NCBI GenBank assembly: GCA_039586795.1
Contig: JBDHJS010000003.1
Coordinates: 146,669 to 210,668, forward strand
Length of the DNA stretch: 64,000 nucleotides
Source of the DNA: Gemmatimonadota bacterium
Lineage (GTDB): Bacteria > Gemmatimonadota > Gemmatimonadetes > Palauibacterales > KS3-K002
Reading direction: 5' to 3'
Each line of letters opens with the position of its first letter. Within the stretch, counting starts at the first letter, position 1. A model generated the notes under the pieces. It did no database searches. It worked only from the letters and a program-made list of their open reading frames with translations, and was not told the DNA's origin. This document shows positions 10,106-20,868 of this stretch, piece by piece. The position numbers and the translations under genes are program-made.

Positions 10106-10765
10106 TCAGATGCAGGCGCTCTCGTCCTTGTACCGCACCTCTTCTTGCAGTTCTGTGATCACACCCGAAGTCGACACGTGAAGCACATATCGGTTTGTTT
10201 GGACCGGCGCGCAGAACTCGACCGTCTTCAACACCACCAATTCGAACCCGTCCTCGACATCGCGAATCCCACCCTCGGCCTTATCGACGGTGTTCCAGTG
10301 ATACCGGAAACCGTCCACCAGGATGATCGCCTCTTCACGGCTGTCTATCGTTCCGAGAAAGTCGCCAAGCTCTTCCTGCGTGGCCCACATCAAGAATTGA
10401 TTGTCGCTAACGCCCAAGATGTACTTGAAACAGTAGCCGGGCAGGCATTGAATTCCGAATCCGGTCTCCGCCTGCGTGGAATCGAATGAGGCGATAAGGC
10501 CTGAGCCCAGAGAATCTTTGGTTCTCCAACCTCCCGATCCAATCACCGAGTCCGGTGGCGCGGATCCGAAGAAGGCGAACCTGTACTCCCAGTAGTCCAG
10601 TGAATCCGACGGCACTACCCGGGAATAGTCGAGACCCTCCAGCGCGGGAAGCTGCTCGAAATCTGCCAGATCGACTTCAAACGATGAGTCGCACCCCAGG
10701 AGGGTTGCACTTAGCCACGCGATGCACAATCCGTTGAACCGAACGTGGGCATTCATTGGCAGCAC
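10106..10765 (-). CDS. hypothetical lipoprotein
   Basis: Lipobox LLGC after a hydrophobic stretch, with paired cysteines in the mature part. Confidence 0.7.
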   Translation of the reverse strand: MLPMNAHVRFNGLCIAWLSATLLGCDSSFEVDLADFEQLPALEGLDYSRVVPSDSLDYWEYRFAFFGSAPPDSVIGSGGWRTKDSLGSGLIASFDSTQAETGFGIQCLPGYCFKYILGVSDNQFLMWATQEELGDFLGTIDSREEAIILVDGFRYHWNTVDKAEGGIRDVEDGFELVVLKTVEFCAPVQTNRYVLHVSTSGVITELQEEVRYKDESACI

Positions 10766-10848
10766 CCCTCTCTCTTGGCATGAAGGTCTCCCTGTCTGTG
10801 TGACGCGGAGGGGGGTGCGGTCGTTAAGCTATCGTTCCTGTCCCTGGT

Positions 10849-13800
10849 TCAACCCGAGCAGACGGCTCTGACGGCGAGTATCTGGTAGGGATCAAGTTCA
10901 ACCGTCTCGGGCAAAGCATCGAGTTCCGATTCCCGGACATCACTTCTGAAGAAGGAGCAGGTCGCGCCTTCACCGGGCACAAACCTCACTGCGTCGGCGG
11001 ATTCCCCCGGGTTGAACAGACGAATGAAGAGGCCGCTTCCGTCATCAGCGGTCTTCAAGAGAGTGACGACGGCGCGGTCCGCCTCGACACGCACAGGAAA
11101 CTTCAACGGCTCCGAATCCGGTGGGGCGGCGACAACGATCAGCGGCTGGCCGATCTCCATCGCGAATCGCTCGGCCACCGCCTCGTCGAACGAACCGTGC
11201 GGGCGAAGCGAGTAGCGGAATTCGTGAAACCCATCCTGTGCGGCCTTGTAGTTGGTCTCCCAGTAGTTGTTCATAACGTACGAGTATACCGTCGCTGACT
11301 GAGGAATTTGGTGCAGCCAGCCAGTAACGATCGCATCCGTCCGAATGCTGCCAAACTGAATCATTGGGACGTCGATGCTAACGAGCGTCATGCCGGAGAA
11401 GTCGTTGTGAACGTCGACCCAACGTTGCAGGCTCATGTAGTTCTTCGATGCCCCCGGTAGTTGGTCCTCCTCGAGGCGGAACGAGCCCCACGGTACGTCG
11501 ACTCGAACGCGAGGATCTCTAACGTTGAAAGCGAACTCGTAGAGAACAGCTTCCGGATCATGGACCGCGCGTTTGTACAGCCAATTGATCAAGTCAATTC
11601 GGGGAACACGCTCATAGATACGTATCTCGTTTCGTAGTAGCTGGTCGACACCAGCGGCCGGCGCCACGATCTCTACGGCCGACACGAGAGGTCCATACTC
11701 CTTCAACCGCACCGCCGCGCGTCCACTCGTGACCGCAGCAGCTGGATCCCGGCCCGGCACGTAGAAGTACCGGTTGACGCTTCTCCCATCCTGGCCGTCA
11801 TACACCAGATCTCTCTTCGCCCTTTGACTATAGAGAGAAACGATCGCGCCGGTCGTCGTGTCGACCTCGATCCTGAACTCGGAGTTGGCCAGCACATTGT
11901 GCCTGACCCTGGACGCGCTTCGCCGGGCTGCCTCGCCCTCGCTGACCGTGAAGTGCATCGATCCAAACGCCGGGACGTCGCTGGCCAGGAAGACCAGTTC
12001 GCCAGTGCTAAGCCTCTGGGAGAGGACTGGACGTCCCGATTCGTCGAGGACTACATCACCGAAAGCACTCTCTTCGGCCGAAAGCGTTACCACGTCGGTT
12101 CGCGGCCAGCTGCTTGTGTTGACCACCTCGAAACGGCCCGCCGACGGTCTGTTCCAAAGCCGTGCCGTCAACGTACGCAATCGTAGGCGCCGAGCCTGCA
12201 GACTCGCGACTTCTGCAAACTCCTTCTTGTGCTCCCATTGGCTGAGCGTGAACTCAGAACGCGGTTCGCTGATCGAGTTCCACGATCCCCAGGTGTGTTC
12301 GTAGTACAGGATGACGTTCCGCCAGGCCTCGCGCAGCTCGTCATCGGGCAGTTCAACTCCAAAGATCGCGGCGAGCGCTTCGGTTTGCGCGAGGCTCTCG
12401 GCGACGCGTCGCACGGAAGCGGTCTCTCGAGCCGAGGAGGCCGCGCCATCTTCCCAGTGCCCAGTAAGGTCGCCGCGCAATACGGGTAGCTGGTTGCCAT
12501 ATCGAGCCTCGAACTCCGCAAAGACATCGCTCACCGTCGAGATGGCCAACCGTGGTGATACAAACCGCTCGTTCCAGGCGCGTACCGCGTCGGCCAAATT
12601 GGGATCCGGCGGCCCGTTGTCGGATCCGATGTTGTAGCGGAGGTAGACGATATCGAACGGATACTCCTCCCGACCAAGCTGCTCGACGTAGCCGAACACG
12701 TTCTCTTCGTCCAACGCCTTCGTGATCTGGGAATAGCCCAGGCCGCTGTGAAACAGCGCATAACCTGCGCCCGACACCCAGGTGAGCACCCGGTCTTCGC
12801 CAGATGGCGACTCCCAGTAGAACGGCCGATCTCCCAACTCGTCGAGGAAGTAGCCGATGCGATGTCCGAAGTTCGGTCCGATTGATAGATACTTGATTCC
12901 GTTCTGGGCCAGCACCGGAACCAGCCCCCAGGTGAACCCCGGTATGTCACTCAGAATCGCCGACTCGATGGCGACGCCCGTCGCATCGCCAAGTCGGCGT
13001 GACGCTTCCAGGCTGCGCATCAGACCTTCAGAAGTCGCAATGCCCGTCAACAGGTTCGCATACATGCCGTCGAGCTTGATCCAACCACGACGAATCCCTT
13101 CGAGCAGCCGCTCGTTCTCCTGCTCTGTGTGATTCTCGAAGTAGGACTCGACTGCCCAAAGACCTTCAGGATTCCAAACGAAGCGCGCCTCTTCCGGATA
13201 CCCTTCACTCGCCGCACCCAGCCGAAGCGCCTCCTCGAGGTGATCCCACTGCATCTGCTCGACTTCGTCCTGATGATGGGTGTACCCGATGTCGAGGTGG
13301 GTGTGGTGGATCAGGTACATGTCGATCCGGCGCACCGGCTGTACGGCGAACGTCGTCGTCGCGCCCCGGCCGTCGACCTGAAAACTGAGGTCGACCGGCG
13401 TGGTCTCGTCGGCCTCCGGAACAGGTATGAGATACCGACTGTGGCCAAGCGAGACTGTCGTGTCTATGGATCCGATGGGGCTAGTCAGCTGAACGTTGCC
13501 GTCGTCCCCGAGGTACAGGAGGTCGACACGCACGATCTGAGTGTTGCCGCGCTCGCCTCGCAGAAGTGCCGGCGCGTTCTGGACTATGATGTGCGGCGTG
13601 ACCGACTCCTTGAAAATCATGAACCAGGTCGGCACCCCCGCGCTCTCTCCTGCCACTCCTAACCGAACGAAACGACTACCACGCCAGATCTCTCGCGGTA
13701 CGCGAAGGAATATGTATCCCATCGCATCGCCGTACTTGTCGATGAGCGTAACCCGAAATTCCGCTCTTACACCTCGCTCGCCGGTCCACACAATCGTGTC

Positions 13801-14178
13801 ACCAGCGGAAGACTGCCGTGGGTTTACGAATGAAAGCACGTAATCGCCGTTCACAGTCAGGTCGAAACGGCGCGGGTTATCATTCACATCGATGCCCGCC
13901 ATGATCACGAAGATCGCCTCGTCGCCATCAAAGGCGTCGGGGATCGCCGACGTCTCCCACTCGATGGAACGTGCGCTGTCGATCGATCGCACCAGCAACG
14001 ATCGATCCACGTACGGCAGAGGTGAATGATACCTCAGCTCTTCGCCCTTCAGAGTGGTTCCGTAGCCAGGTACGAAATGGGTCGGGATATTGAGCCTCTT
14101 GGTCTGCGCCGCTAAAGGGTTCAGAGCCACGAAGCTCACGGCGGCGAAGAGCAGCAGCGGAATACAACGACAGAACAT
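10849..14178 (-). CDS. glycoside hydrolase family 38 (alpha-mannosidase-like), secreted
   Basis: HHTHLDIGYTH, SDIPGFTWG, GDLTGHWEDG, YYEHTWG and YVMNNYWETNY motifs. Signal peptide begins at ATG 14178. Confidence 0.85.
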   Translation of the reverse strand: MFCRCIPLLLFAAVSFVALNPLAAQTKRLNIPTHFVPGYGTTLKGEELRYHSPLPYVDRSLLVRSIDSARSIEWETSAIPDAFDGDEAIFVIMAGIDVNDNPRRFDLTVNGDYVLSFVNPRQSSAGDTIVWTGERGVRAEFRVTLIDKYGDAMGYIFLRVPREIWRGSRFVRLGVAGESAGVPTWFMIFKESVTPHIIVQNAPALLRGERGNTQIVRVDLLYLGDDGNVQLTSPIGSIDTTVSLGHSRYLIPVPEADETTPVDLSFQVDGRGATTTFAVQPVRRIDMYLIHHTHLDIGYTHHQDEVEQMQWDHLEEALRLGAASEGYPEEARFVWNPEGLWAVESYFENHTEQENERLLEGIRRGWIKLDGMYANLLTGIATSEGLMRSLEASRRLGDATGVAIESAILSDIPGFTWGLVPVLAQNGIKYLSIGPNFGHRIGYFLDELGDRPFYWESPSGEDRVLTWVSGAGYALFHSGLGYSQITKALDEENVFGYVEQLGREEYPFDIVYLRYNIGSDNGPPDPNLADAVRAWNERFVSPRLAISTVSDVFAEFEARYGNQLPVLRGDLTGHWEDGAASSARETASVRRVAESLAQTEALAAIFGVELPDDELREAWRNVILYYEHTWGSWNSISEPRSEFTLSQWEHKKEFAEVASLQARRLRLRTLTARLWNRPSAGRFEVVNTSSWPRTDVVTLSAEESAFGDVVLDESGRPVLSQRLSTGELVFLASDVPAFGSMHFTVSEGEAARRSASRVRHNVLANSEFRIEVDTTTGAIVSLYSQRAKRDLVYDGQDGRSVNRYFYVPGRDPAAAVTSGRAAVRLKEYGPLVSAVEIVAPAAGVDQLLRNEIRIYERVPRIDLINWLYKRAVHDPEAVLYEFAFNVRDPRVRVDVPWGSFRLEEDQLPGASKNYMSLQRWVDVHNDFSGMTLVSIDVPMIQFGSIRTDAIVTGWLHQIPQSATVYSYVMNNYWETNYKAAQDGFHEFRYSLRPHGSFDEAVAERFAMEIGQPLIVVAAPPDSEPLKFPVRVEADRAVVTLLKTADDGSGLFIRLFNPGESADAVRFVPGEGATCSFFRSDVRESELDALPETVELDPYQILAVRAVCSG

Positions 14179-14218
14179 CTGGTATCTCTCTCCTTCGGTC
14201 GCTACCAACAAGGTCAAT

Positions 14219-14947
14219 TCACCAGACTCCAGGGACTAGACGATAACGCACGTTCCGCGCATAGCTAACGTATCCGTCCAGCCCGACACGAAGCGTCCTC
14301 TCCTCGTACAAGATGCGGAGGGCCGTCACCATGGTCAGCAGACCGACCGGCACGAAAGCCCAGATCGATCCAAGTACCAACGCGGTACCTGACCAGAACA
14401 GAATGAACCCGGCGTATCCGGGATGACGAATATAACGATACGGGCCATCCGTGATGACGTGATGTCCGCGCTCCTCCTGAATTCGGACCACGCTCGAGAA
14501 GAACGTGTTACGCCCTAGAGCCCACAGCGTGATCGTATACCCGGTCACTGAGACACCGAGACCCAGGACGCGAAGCGTATTCGACATCGACGGCGGCCAG
14601 CTCAGCCGCACGCCGAGGCCGGCAACGATGAGAGTCGCGGCAGGGATGAGCAGCGCCATCAACGCCGCGTGCAAGCGCTCGATCGGCGGCGCCCCTCTCT
14701 TCGCGTTACGGCGCTCCGCGGCAAGCTCGGGATCCCGCGGTAACATCACCAGGTGAGCGAGACCGGTCAGCACCGCAAACATGCCGATGTAGATCCACGC
14801 CCACAGCCAATCAGCGCCGCCCGCCGCAACGAAGAGCAGCGCCCCCGCAACAACCACCTGCACCGCAACAGTGATCAGGCCCCTGAAGAAGGACCGGACG
14901 GCGCCGGAACCGGAGCGTGAATCATCAAGTCTTGTCATCACCAGCAC
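14219..14947 (-). CDS. isoprenylcysteine carboxyl methyltransferase (ICMT/PEMT) family membrane protein
   Basis: NTFFSSVVRIQEERGHHVITDGPYRYIRHPGY and YEERTL...Y..Y...VRYRLVPGVW. Confidence 0.9.
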   Translation of the reverse strand: MLVMTRLDDSRSGSGAVRSFFRGLITVAVQVVVAGALLFVAAGGADWLWAWIYIGMFAVLTGLAHLVMLPRDPELAAERRNAKRGAPPIERLHAALMALLIPAATLIVAGLGVRLSWPPSMSNTLRVLGLGVSVTGYTITLWALGRNTFFSSVVRIQEERGHHVITDGPYRYIRHPGYAGFILFWSGTALVLGSIWAFVPVGLLTMVTALRILYEERTLRVGLDGYVSYARNVRYRLVPGVW

Positions 14948-15088
14948 TTAAGCTGCCGCGACGGCCAGGCCCGGGCAACCGACGCCTTGATCCCCGGCGC
15001 CTGGACCGGCCTCACAACCGTATAGCGCTTCGCGGTATCTAATCGCGGACACCTTCACTCGTGCGGCAAACCCCAACCGGAGAGACTC

Positions 15089-17536
15089 ATGGGCTCCATC
15101 TGGCAGGATATGCGCTACGGGTTGCGGACCCTACTCAAGCGGCCCGGCTTCACCGCCATCGCCGCCGTGACCATCGCGCTGGGCATCGGCGCCAACACGG
15201 CGATCTTCAGCATCGTCAACGGCGTGCTGCTTCAGCCGCTTCCGCTACATGAGCCGGAGCGCCTGGTTACCCCTGATGTGATCAGTACTCGCGGGTTCTC
15301 GATCTCGCTGTCGATCCCGAATTTCAAAGACTGGCGGGAGCGGAACCGGACGTTCGAGTCGTTTGGGGCCAACAGATCATGGAACACGACGCTCACCGGA
15401 ATCGACCGACCCGAGATCATTCGCGTCCGCCAGGTGCTCGGTGATTTCTTCGAGACGCTGGGCATACCGCCCATGTTGGGCCGCACGATTCGGTCCGACG
15501 AAACGTGGGCGGGAGCCGCACCCATCGCGGTCGTATCCTATGGTTTCTGGGAGCGTCGCCTGGGAGGTGACCCGAACGTGCTCGGCCGGACCATCACTCT
15601 GGACGGCGAGGTGTTCGAGATCGTCGGCGTCATGCCGCCCAGCTTCGTCTTCCCCTCGGCTGACAGCGAAGCTTTCACACCGATGGGCTACTTCTCCGAG
15701 CGGATGTGCTGGGAAGCCCGCGGCTGCTCCCAGGGGACCTGGGCGATCGGCAGGCTGGCGGATGGCGTGACCATGGAGATGGCCCAGGCCGACCTCGATC
15801 GGGTCCACCGGGAGATTGAAGAAGAGGAAGGCCAGGAAGCCGCCCATCCCGAACTCGGGTCGCTGACCGATGCTTACGTCGGCGACATCCGAGCGCCGAT
15901 CATGATCTTGATGGGCGCTGTCGGTTTCGTGCTGCTTATCGCCTGTGCCAATGTGGCCAGTCTTCTGTTGTCGCGCGGCGAGAGCCGCCGCCGCGAGCTG
16001 GCGGTACGCACAGCGCTGGGCGCCGGGCGCCGACGCGTGGTTCGACAGCTTCTTACTGAGAGCATCATCCTGGGCCTTAGCGGGGGCATCCTCGGTATCG
16101 GTCTCGCGTATGTCGGCATCGGTGCTCTCGTTCCGGCGATCTCCGACAGTGTCCCAACCGCGATGGTCGGCCGTATCGGGCTCGACCGCTCCGTACTGGC
16201 GTTCACGTTCCTGGTTTCCGTAGGAGCTGGCCTGCTCTTCGGAATCGCGCCCGCCCTCAGAGCAACGACGCAGGCCCTGGTCGGCGAGTTGAAAGAAGGC
16301 GGCCGCGGCGGGACGTCGGGTCGGGCGCGGCAGAGACTTCGGTCGAGCCTCGTCGTCGCCGAAGTCGCGCTCTCGCTCATCCTGCTCATCGGCGCCGGGC
16401 TGATGATCCAGAGCTTCAACAAGCTGCAGAACGTCGACAAGGGTTTCGTCGCCGACAACATCTTCACCGCCCGCGCCTCGTTACCCCGCGTACGCTACGA
16501 CGGGAAAGAGCCGGCCTGGCAGTTCTTCACCGAGTTCCTGGAGCGCGTCCAGGCGCTCCCCGGCGTAAAGACCGCGTCAATGACACAAATCGTGCCGCTG
16601 CAAGGAAACAGTTGGGAGCAGGGCATCATACCGGAGGGAATCCCGCGTGATCCGGAGAACGTCCAGTCGGTGCTCTACTACATGGTTACGCCGGATCACT
16701 TTGGGACCTTCAGCATCCCTCTCATGCGCGGGCGATTGTTCACCGAGCAGGACCGCGACGGCACGCCGCTGGTTTGCGTCATCGACGAGACGATGGCCGA
16801 GAAGTTCTGGCCCGGCGAAGACCCGATCGGAAAGCGCGTCAACTTCGAGGAAGCCGAGGGCTCAACCCGAGAGAACCCGATTCTGGTCTGGCGGACCGTG
16901 GTCGGCGTAGTGCGCAACGTAAGGCACTACGAAATGGAAAGCCCGTCGCGTATCACGGTCTACGTGCCCATGACACAGAGTCAGCGCTCGTGGTCCACCG
17001 CCATGCACATCGTCGCTAAGACCGAGGGTGACCCCTTAGCGCTTACAGAAATGGTGCGTCGTGAATTGACCTTGATGGATTCTGAGGTGCCGCTTTACCA
17101 AGTCGAGACAATGGAGGGCTACGTGAAGGAGTCGCTCTCCAATACGACCCTGGTCGGTGGCCTGCTCAGTGTGTTCAGCGCCCTGGCCCTGGCCCTCTCC
17201 GCCATCGGCATATTCGGGGTCATGTCGTTTTCGGTGATCCAGCGACTCCGTGAGATCGGCATTCGCATGGCGCTCGGCGCCCACGCCGGCGACGTGGTGA
17301 AGATGGTCGCCCGGCAGGGACTCGCGGTGACCCTGGCTGGCGTGTTCCTAGGATTGCTTGGAGCCTTCGGGCTCACGCGGCTGCTATCCAGCGTGTTGTA
17401 CGAAGTGAACCCGGTTGAACCGGTAACTTACGCCGGCTTCGCCATCTTCCTTGTCGCGGTCTCGCTGTTGGCGGCATACCTACCGGCGCGCCGGGCGACC
17501 CGGGTTGACCCGGCTATCGTACTCCGTGAGGAGTAG
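15089..17536 (+). CDS. duplicated MacB/FtsX-type ABC permease (ADOP family)
   Basis: WQDMRYGLRTLLKRPGF, LGIGANTAIFS, LLIACANVA, RRRELAVRTALGAGR, REIGIRMALGA and PARRATRVDP. Confidence 0.93.
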   Translation: MGSIWQDMRYGLRTLLKRPGFTAIAAVTIALGIGANTAIFSIVNGVLLQPLPLHEPERLVTPDVISTRGFSISLSIPNFKDWRERNRTFESFGANRSWNTTLTGIDRPEIIRVRQVLGDFFETLGIPPMLGRTIRSDETWAGAAPIAVVSYGFWERRLGGDPNVLGRTITLDGEVFEIVGVMPPSFVFPSADSEAFTPMGYFSERMCWEARGCSQGTWAIGRLADGVTMEMAQADLDRVHREIEEEEGQEAAHPELGSLTDAYVGDIRAPIMILMGAVGFVLLIACANVASLLLSRGESRRRELAVRTALGAGRRRVVRQLLTESIILGLSGGILGIGLAYVGIGALVPAISDSVPTAMVGRIGLDRSVLAFTFLVSVGAGLLFGIAPALRATTQALVGELKEGGRGGTSGRARQRLRSSLVVAEVALSLILLIGAGLMIQSFNKLQNVDKGFVADNIFTARASLPRVRYDGKEPAWQFFTEFLERVQALPGVKTASMTQIVPLQGNSWEQGIIPEGIPRDPENVQSVLYYMVTPDHFGTFSIPLMRGRLFTEQDRDGTPLVCVIDETMAEKFWPGEDPIGKRVNFEEAEGSTRENPILVWRTVVGVVRNVRHYEMESPSRITVYVPMTQSQRSWSTAMHIVAKTEGDPLALTEMVRRELTLMDSEVPLYQVETMEGYVKESLSNTTLVGGLLSVFSALALALSAIGIFGVMSFSVIQRLREIGIRMALGAHAGDVVKMVARQGLAVTLAGVFLGLLGAFGLTRLLSSVLYEVNPVEPVTYAGFAIFLVAVSLLAAYLPARRATRVDPAIVLREE

Positions 17537-17584
17537 GGAGTAGCGGGTGGGGGGTAGGGGGTATCAGGCTCTACCCCCTACTCC
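17533..17584. repeat. GGGGTAG-type intergenic repeat with inverted copy
   Basis: gtagggagtagcgggtgggggtagggggta...ctaccccctactcc. Confidence 0.6.
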
Positions 17585-17649
17585 GTCCCAGCCATTAGAT
17601 TCCCGGTACGAGTAGAGATCGGCCAACGCTTCTTGACCCTCTTGCCACT

Positions 17650-18036
17650 ATGAAGACCGAATCGAACGTTCGCGTCGATACGCTGAAGAACCGAATCTAC
17701 CTGACTCTGGAAGGTTTCCACGATCTGGACGAAGCGATTCGCATGCGTGATCTGTACAGGGATGCGATCGCCAATTGCGCGTCGGGCTTCACAGTGCTCG
17801 CCGACATCTCGCGTTACAAGCCGGGCGCCGGCGAGGTCCAGGCGATCCACGCCGAAGCGGTGAGGCTAGCGGAGGAGGCCGGCGTGAGCCGCGTGGCTCG
17901 TTTCATCGGCGATACGCCGCTCGGGGGGATGCAGATCGACCGCATCTCAAAGACCGAGGGCCACTACGAGTCTGCGAATTTCGACTCGCTCGAAGAAGCC
18001 GAAGCCTTCTTGGACGAAGTCAGCCCACAGATCTAG
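17650..18036 (+). CDS. STAS/SEC14 (SpoIIAA-like) small protein
   Basis: NRIYLTLEGF, FTVLADIS and a C-terminal FDSLEEAEAFL typical of this fold. Confidence 0.65.
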   Translation: MKTESNVRVDTLKNRIYLTLEGFHDLDEAIRMRDLYRDAIANCASGFTVLADISRYKPGAGEVQAIHAEAVRLAEEAGVSRVARFIGDTPLGGMQIDRISKTEGHYESANFDSLEEAEAFLDEVSPQI

Positions 18037-18761
18037 AAGAACATCTCCTCACCAAGAAGCTCCCAGAAGCTCTTCTTTTCCGTGTCAATGCCGGCCATAA
18101 TGATGATCATTCCCTTACCGAGAATTTGATCCTGGCTTTCTATTGACGCCAACTCCGCTTCGTAGGTACCGGCAAGCTCCAGGTTGGGCTCGGGCACGTC
18201 GGCTTCCATCGAGTCCGTTCTGGCGCGGTAGGCCTCCAGAAGAGCAGTTCCTACCCAAGCGTATTCTTCGCTGGATACCTGGTGCCGCTCCAGTGACTCT
18301 GCCAACACGACACGCACCCGCATCAACTTGCCGGCGCTGCGCACGCTCTTGGCCAGAAACTTCAATGCGGAGCGATCCTCTGCGGCGCCAGGCTCTTCGA
18401 AGTACTCGTTCATCTCGTTGATCCAAGGTTCAATCTCTGGCCAAACCTCGTCCGTTACGCTGATGAACTTCTGGGCTTGATCGGCACGCACGACCCCGTC
18501 GACAGGCCGCGTGAAAGGATACTCTTCGGCTAGTCGTTCTATCGTTGCCGTCGCCTCCCGCTGTGCCCTGGCGCCGCCCGCCTCGCGCTCAAACGTCCGC
18601 TGCACGTAGAACAACATTGTGCCGATCGCGATCAAGACGAGAAGAACCAGAACGCCGCATCCGATGCCGATCTTCGCGCCAACCGACAGGCCCTCGCGCT
18701 GCGGCGGCTGTTCGAATCTGCCGGGATCGGAGCCGAACCGGGACTCACCAGAAGCATTCAC
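18033..18761 (-). CDS. hypothetical single-pass membrane protein
   Basis: One N-terminal TM helix (IGIGCGVLVLLVLIAIG) followed by a helical extracytoplasmic domain. Confidence 0.7.
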   Translation of the reverse strand: MNASGESRFGSDPGRFEQPPQREGLSVGAKIGIGCGVLVLLVLIAIGTMLFYVQRTFEREAGGARAQREATATIERLAEEYPFTRPVDGVVRADQAQKFISVTDEVWPEIEPWINEMNEYFEEPGAAEDRSALKFLAKSVRSAGKLMRVRVVLAESLERHQVSSEEYAWVGTALLEAYRARTDSMEADVPEPNLELAGTYEAELASIESQDQILGKGMIIIMAGIDTEKKSFWELLGEEMFF

Positions 18762-18867
18762 GGACTTCCTCCAGGTTGGTTGCGGGGCTGCACCATGATA
18801 CCGCTCGGCTCAGGGTGGCGCGACGAGTTGTGAGAATGCGCCTAACCGATGGTCTCTTCTCAGGCGG

Positions 18868-19575
18868 TCAACAGTCCGTCCGGCGACAAACCGGGATCAC
18901 CTCGCCGAGATTCACGGCATTCCGCCGACCTTCATCTTCGCTGACGAACTCGCTGCCTTCGACCCGCTCGACCGCAAACCCCGCCGCTGAGAGCCGGTCG
19001 TAGTAGTCCAGGCCGTATATGCGAACGTGGTCCGACTGGCCGAACACCCGCTCTCGGTCATTCGGGTCCGTCACTGTTGGATCCTCGTACGTTTCCGCGG
19101 CGCCGATCGGGACCTGGAGAATCGCCCAACCATCGTTGGCCAGTACTCTATGTAGCTCGCGCATCGCACGGCGATCATCATCCACGTGCTCCAGCACGTG
19201 ACTGCAATGGATGATGTCAAAGTAGTTGTCAGGGTAAGGGATGTCGGTGATGTCCAAACGAATCAGCGCCGCCGGATCATCGAGGTCAGCGCTCACGTAG
19301 TCCAGGCCCGGAATCTTGCGGAACCGCGACTCCAGGCAGCGCTCGGGCGCAACGTGAAGCATTCGCCGCGGACGGCCATCGAGGAGGTCGGACCGACGTT
19401 GCAGGAACAGCCAAACAAGACGATGGCGCTCGAGCGAACCGCACACCGGACACATCGCATCCGGGCGCGCAGGCTGGCCGAATGTTGAAAAGCGGCGGAC
19501 TGAGGAACGGCACGCTGGGCAGAACCGGCCGAGGCCGAAGTAGTAGACCCTTCTCGCCCAGCGCATCGCCTTCAT
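18868..19575 (-). CDS. class I SAM-dependent methyltransferase with N-terminal Zn-ribbon
   Basis: CPAC...CPVCGSLERHR, LHVAPE and FDIIHCSHVLEHV. Confidence 0.88.
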   Translation of the reverse strand: MKAMRWARRVYYFGLGRFCPACRSSVRRFSTFGQPARPDAMCPVCGSLERHRLVWLFLQRRSDLLDGRPRRMLHVAPERCLESRFRKIPGLDYVSADLDDPAALIRLDITDIPYPDNYFDIIHCSHVLEHVDDDRRAMRELHRVLANDGWAILQVPIGAAETYEDPTVTDPNDRERVFGQSDHVRIYGLDYYDRLSAAGFAVERVEGSEFVSEDEGRRNAVNLGEVIPVCRRTDC

Positions 19576-19591
19576 TTTTGTACGACCTACG

Positions 19592-20764
19592 TTACAGCAT
19601 CAACTGGCACAGCCAGGCGGTGAGGACGCCCAGATAGTTGCCCAGCGCGTAGCCGAGCAACGCCAACATGATGGAGATCGGAACCAGCTCTTCGCGATGA
19701 TACCCCGCAGCGACCGGCGCTGAGGCGGCGCCGCCCACCGCCGCGACGCTGGCCGTCGCCGCCATGCTCACATCGACACGGAACAGCCGCGCGCTCAGAA
19801 AAACGATGAGCAGATGGAACGCGATGCAGATGAAGCCGGCGGCCAGGAACCATTGGGCTCCTCCGATATTCGCCAGATTCGCCTGGGCGCCGATCATCGT
19901 CATATAGATATAGACGAAAGCCATCGCCACTGGTTCGGTGCCGGGAACGTTCTTAAGTGGCGTTGCGGACAACGAGATGCCGAACGTCGTCACCAACAGA
20001 ATCGCCCAGGTCGTTCTGGTCAGCACGGGCGGCAACTCCGGAATGAAGCCGGCCAACACATTCGCCGCCAACATTGCCACGAATGCCCATCCGACCAACG
20101 TAATCAGGTCTTTGAAGTGCACCTCGTGCGTCTTCTTCTCGACTTCCGCCACCGCTTGCGTGATGTGGTCCATCTGCTCCTGCGTGACCCGCGACCATCT
20201 GTTGAACCAGGTATACCAACGCTTCGACATCAGAATGATCGGGAAGTAGACCAGGTAGACGAAGTTGTCTACCAGAACCACCATCCCCACCATCTCGCCC
20301 GGCGTCTCGAGGCTCTCGGCAACAGCGGCCAGGTTGCCCGTGCCACCGATCCAACTGCCGGCGAGCGCTCCGTAGCCGCGCCATGTATCCGGAGGCAGAC
20401 CGTCCTTGAACATGGCGAACGAGATCGCCGCACCTAACACGATCCCCAGGGTACCGAGCACGAGCACGCCCGCTCCGCGCCAGGCCACCTTCATCGACTG
20501 GAGAATGTTGATGTCCAGCAGCATTAGCACGATGAAGAGCGGCACCGCGAACGACTTGAACGTGTCGTAGATCGGGCTCTCCATCGGGATGACCCCGAGA
20601 TTGCTCAAAAAGATGGGCGTCAGGAAGATCCAGATGATCGCCGGTAGGTAGTCAAAAATCTTCCAGCGAGTCTTCTTCTCCAGCCATATGAAGAAGACGG
20701 GGATCATCGTGATGACGGCCATCACGCCGATCAGATCGTTGAAGATGGGTTCCGAGTCCATCAA
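19592..20764 (-). CDS. DUF819 family membrane protein (putative transporter)
   Basis: Multi-TM protein with LAGSWIGGTGN, SVAAVGGAASAP and LLGYALGNY. Confidence 0.85.
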   Translation of the reverse strand: MMDSEPIFNDLIGVMAVITMIPVFFIWLEKKTRWKIFDYLPAIIWIFLTPIFLSNLGVIPMESPIYDTFKSFAVPLFIVLMLLDINILQSMKVAWRGAGVLVLGTLGIVLGAAISFAMFKDGLPPDTWRGYGALAGSWIGGTGNLAAVAESLETPGEMVGMVVLVDNFVYLVYFPIILMSKRWYTWFNRWSRVTQEQMDHITQAVAEVEKKTHEVHFKDLITLVGWAFVAMLAANVLAGFIPELPPVLTRTTWAILLVTTFGISLSATPLKNVPGTEPVAMAFVYIYMTMIGAQANLANIGGAQWFLAAGFICIAFHLLIVFLSARLFRVDVSMAATASVAAVGGAASAPVAAGYHREELVPISIMLALLGYALGNYLGVLTAWLCQLML

Positions 20765-20868
20765 GCCTCCGTTCGCTACCTAATCTACCGGCCCCAACGA
20801 CCGGCTCCGAAGCACCGACGCTAGCACTAGAGGGCCTGTAGCGAAAGTGGTCGTGATCAGACGGAGCC

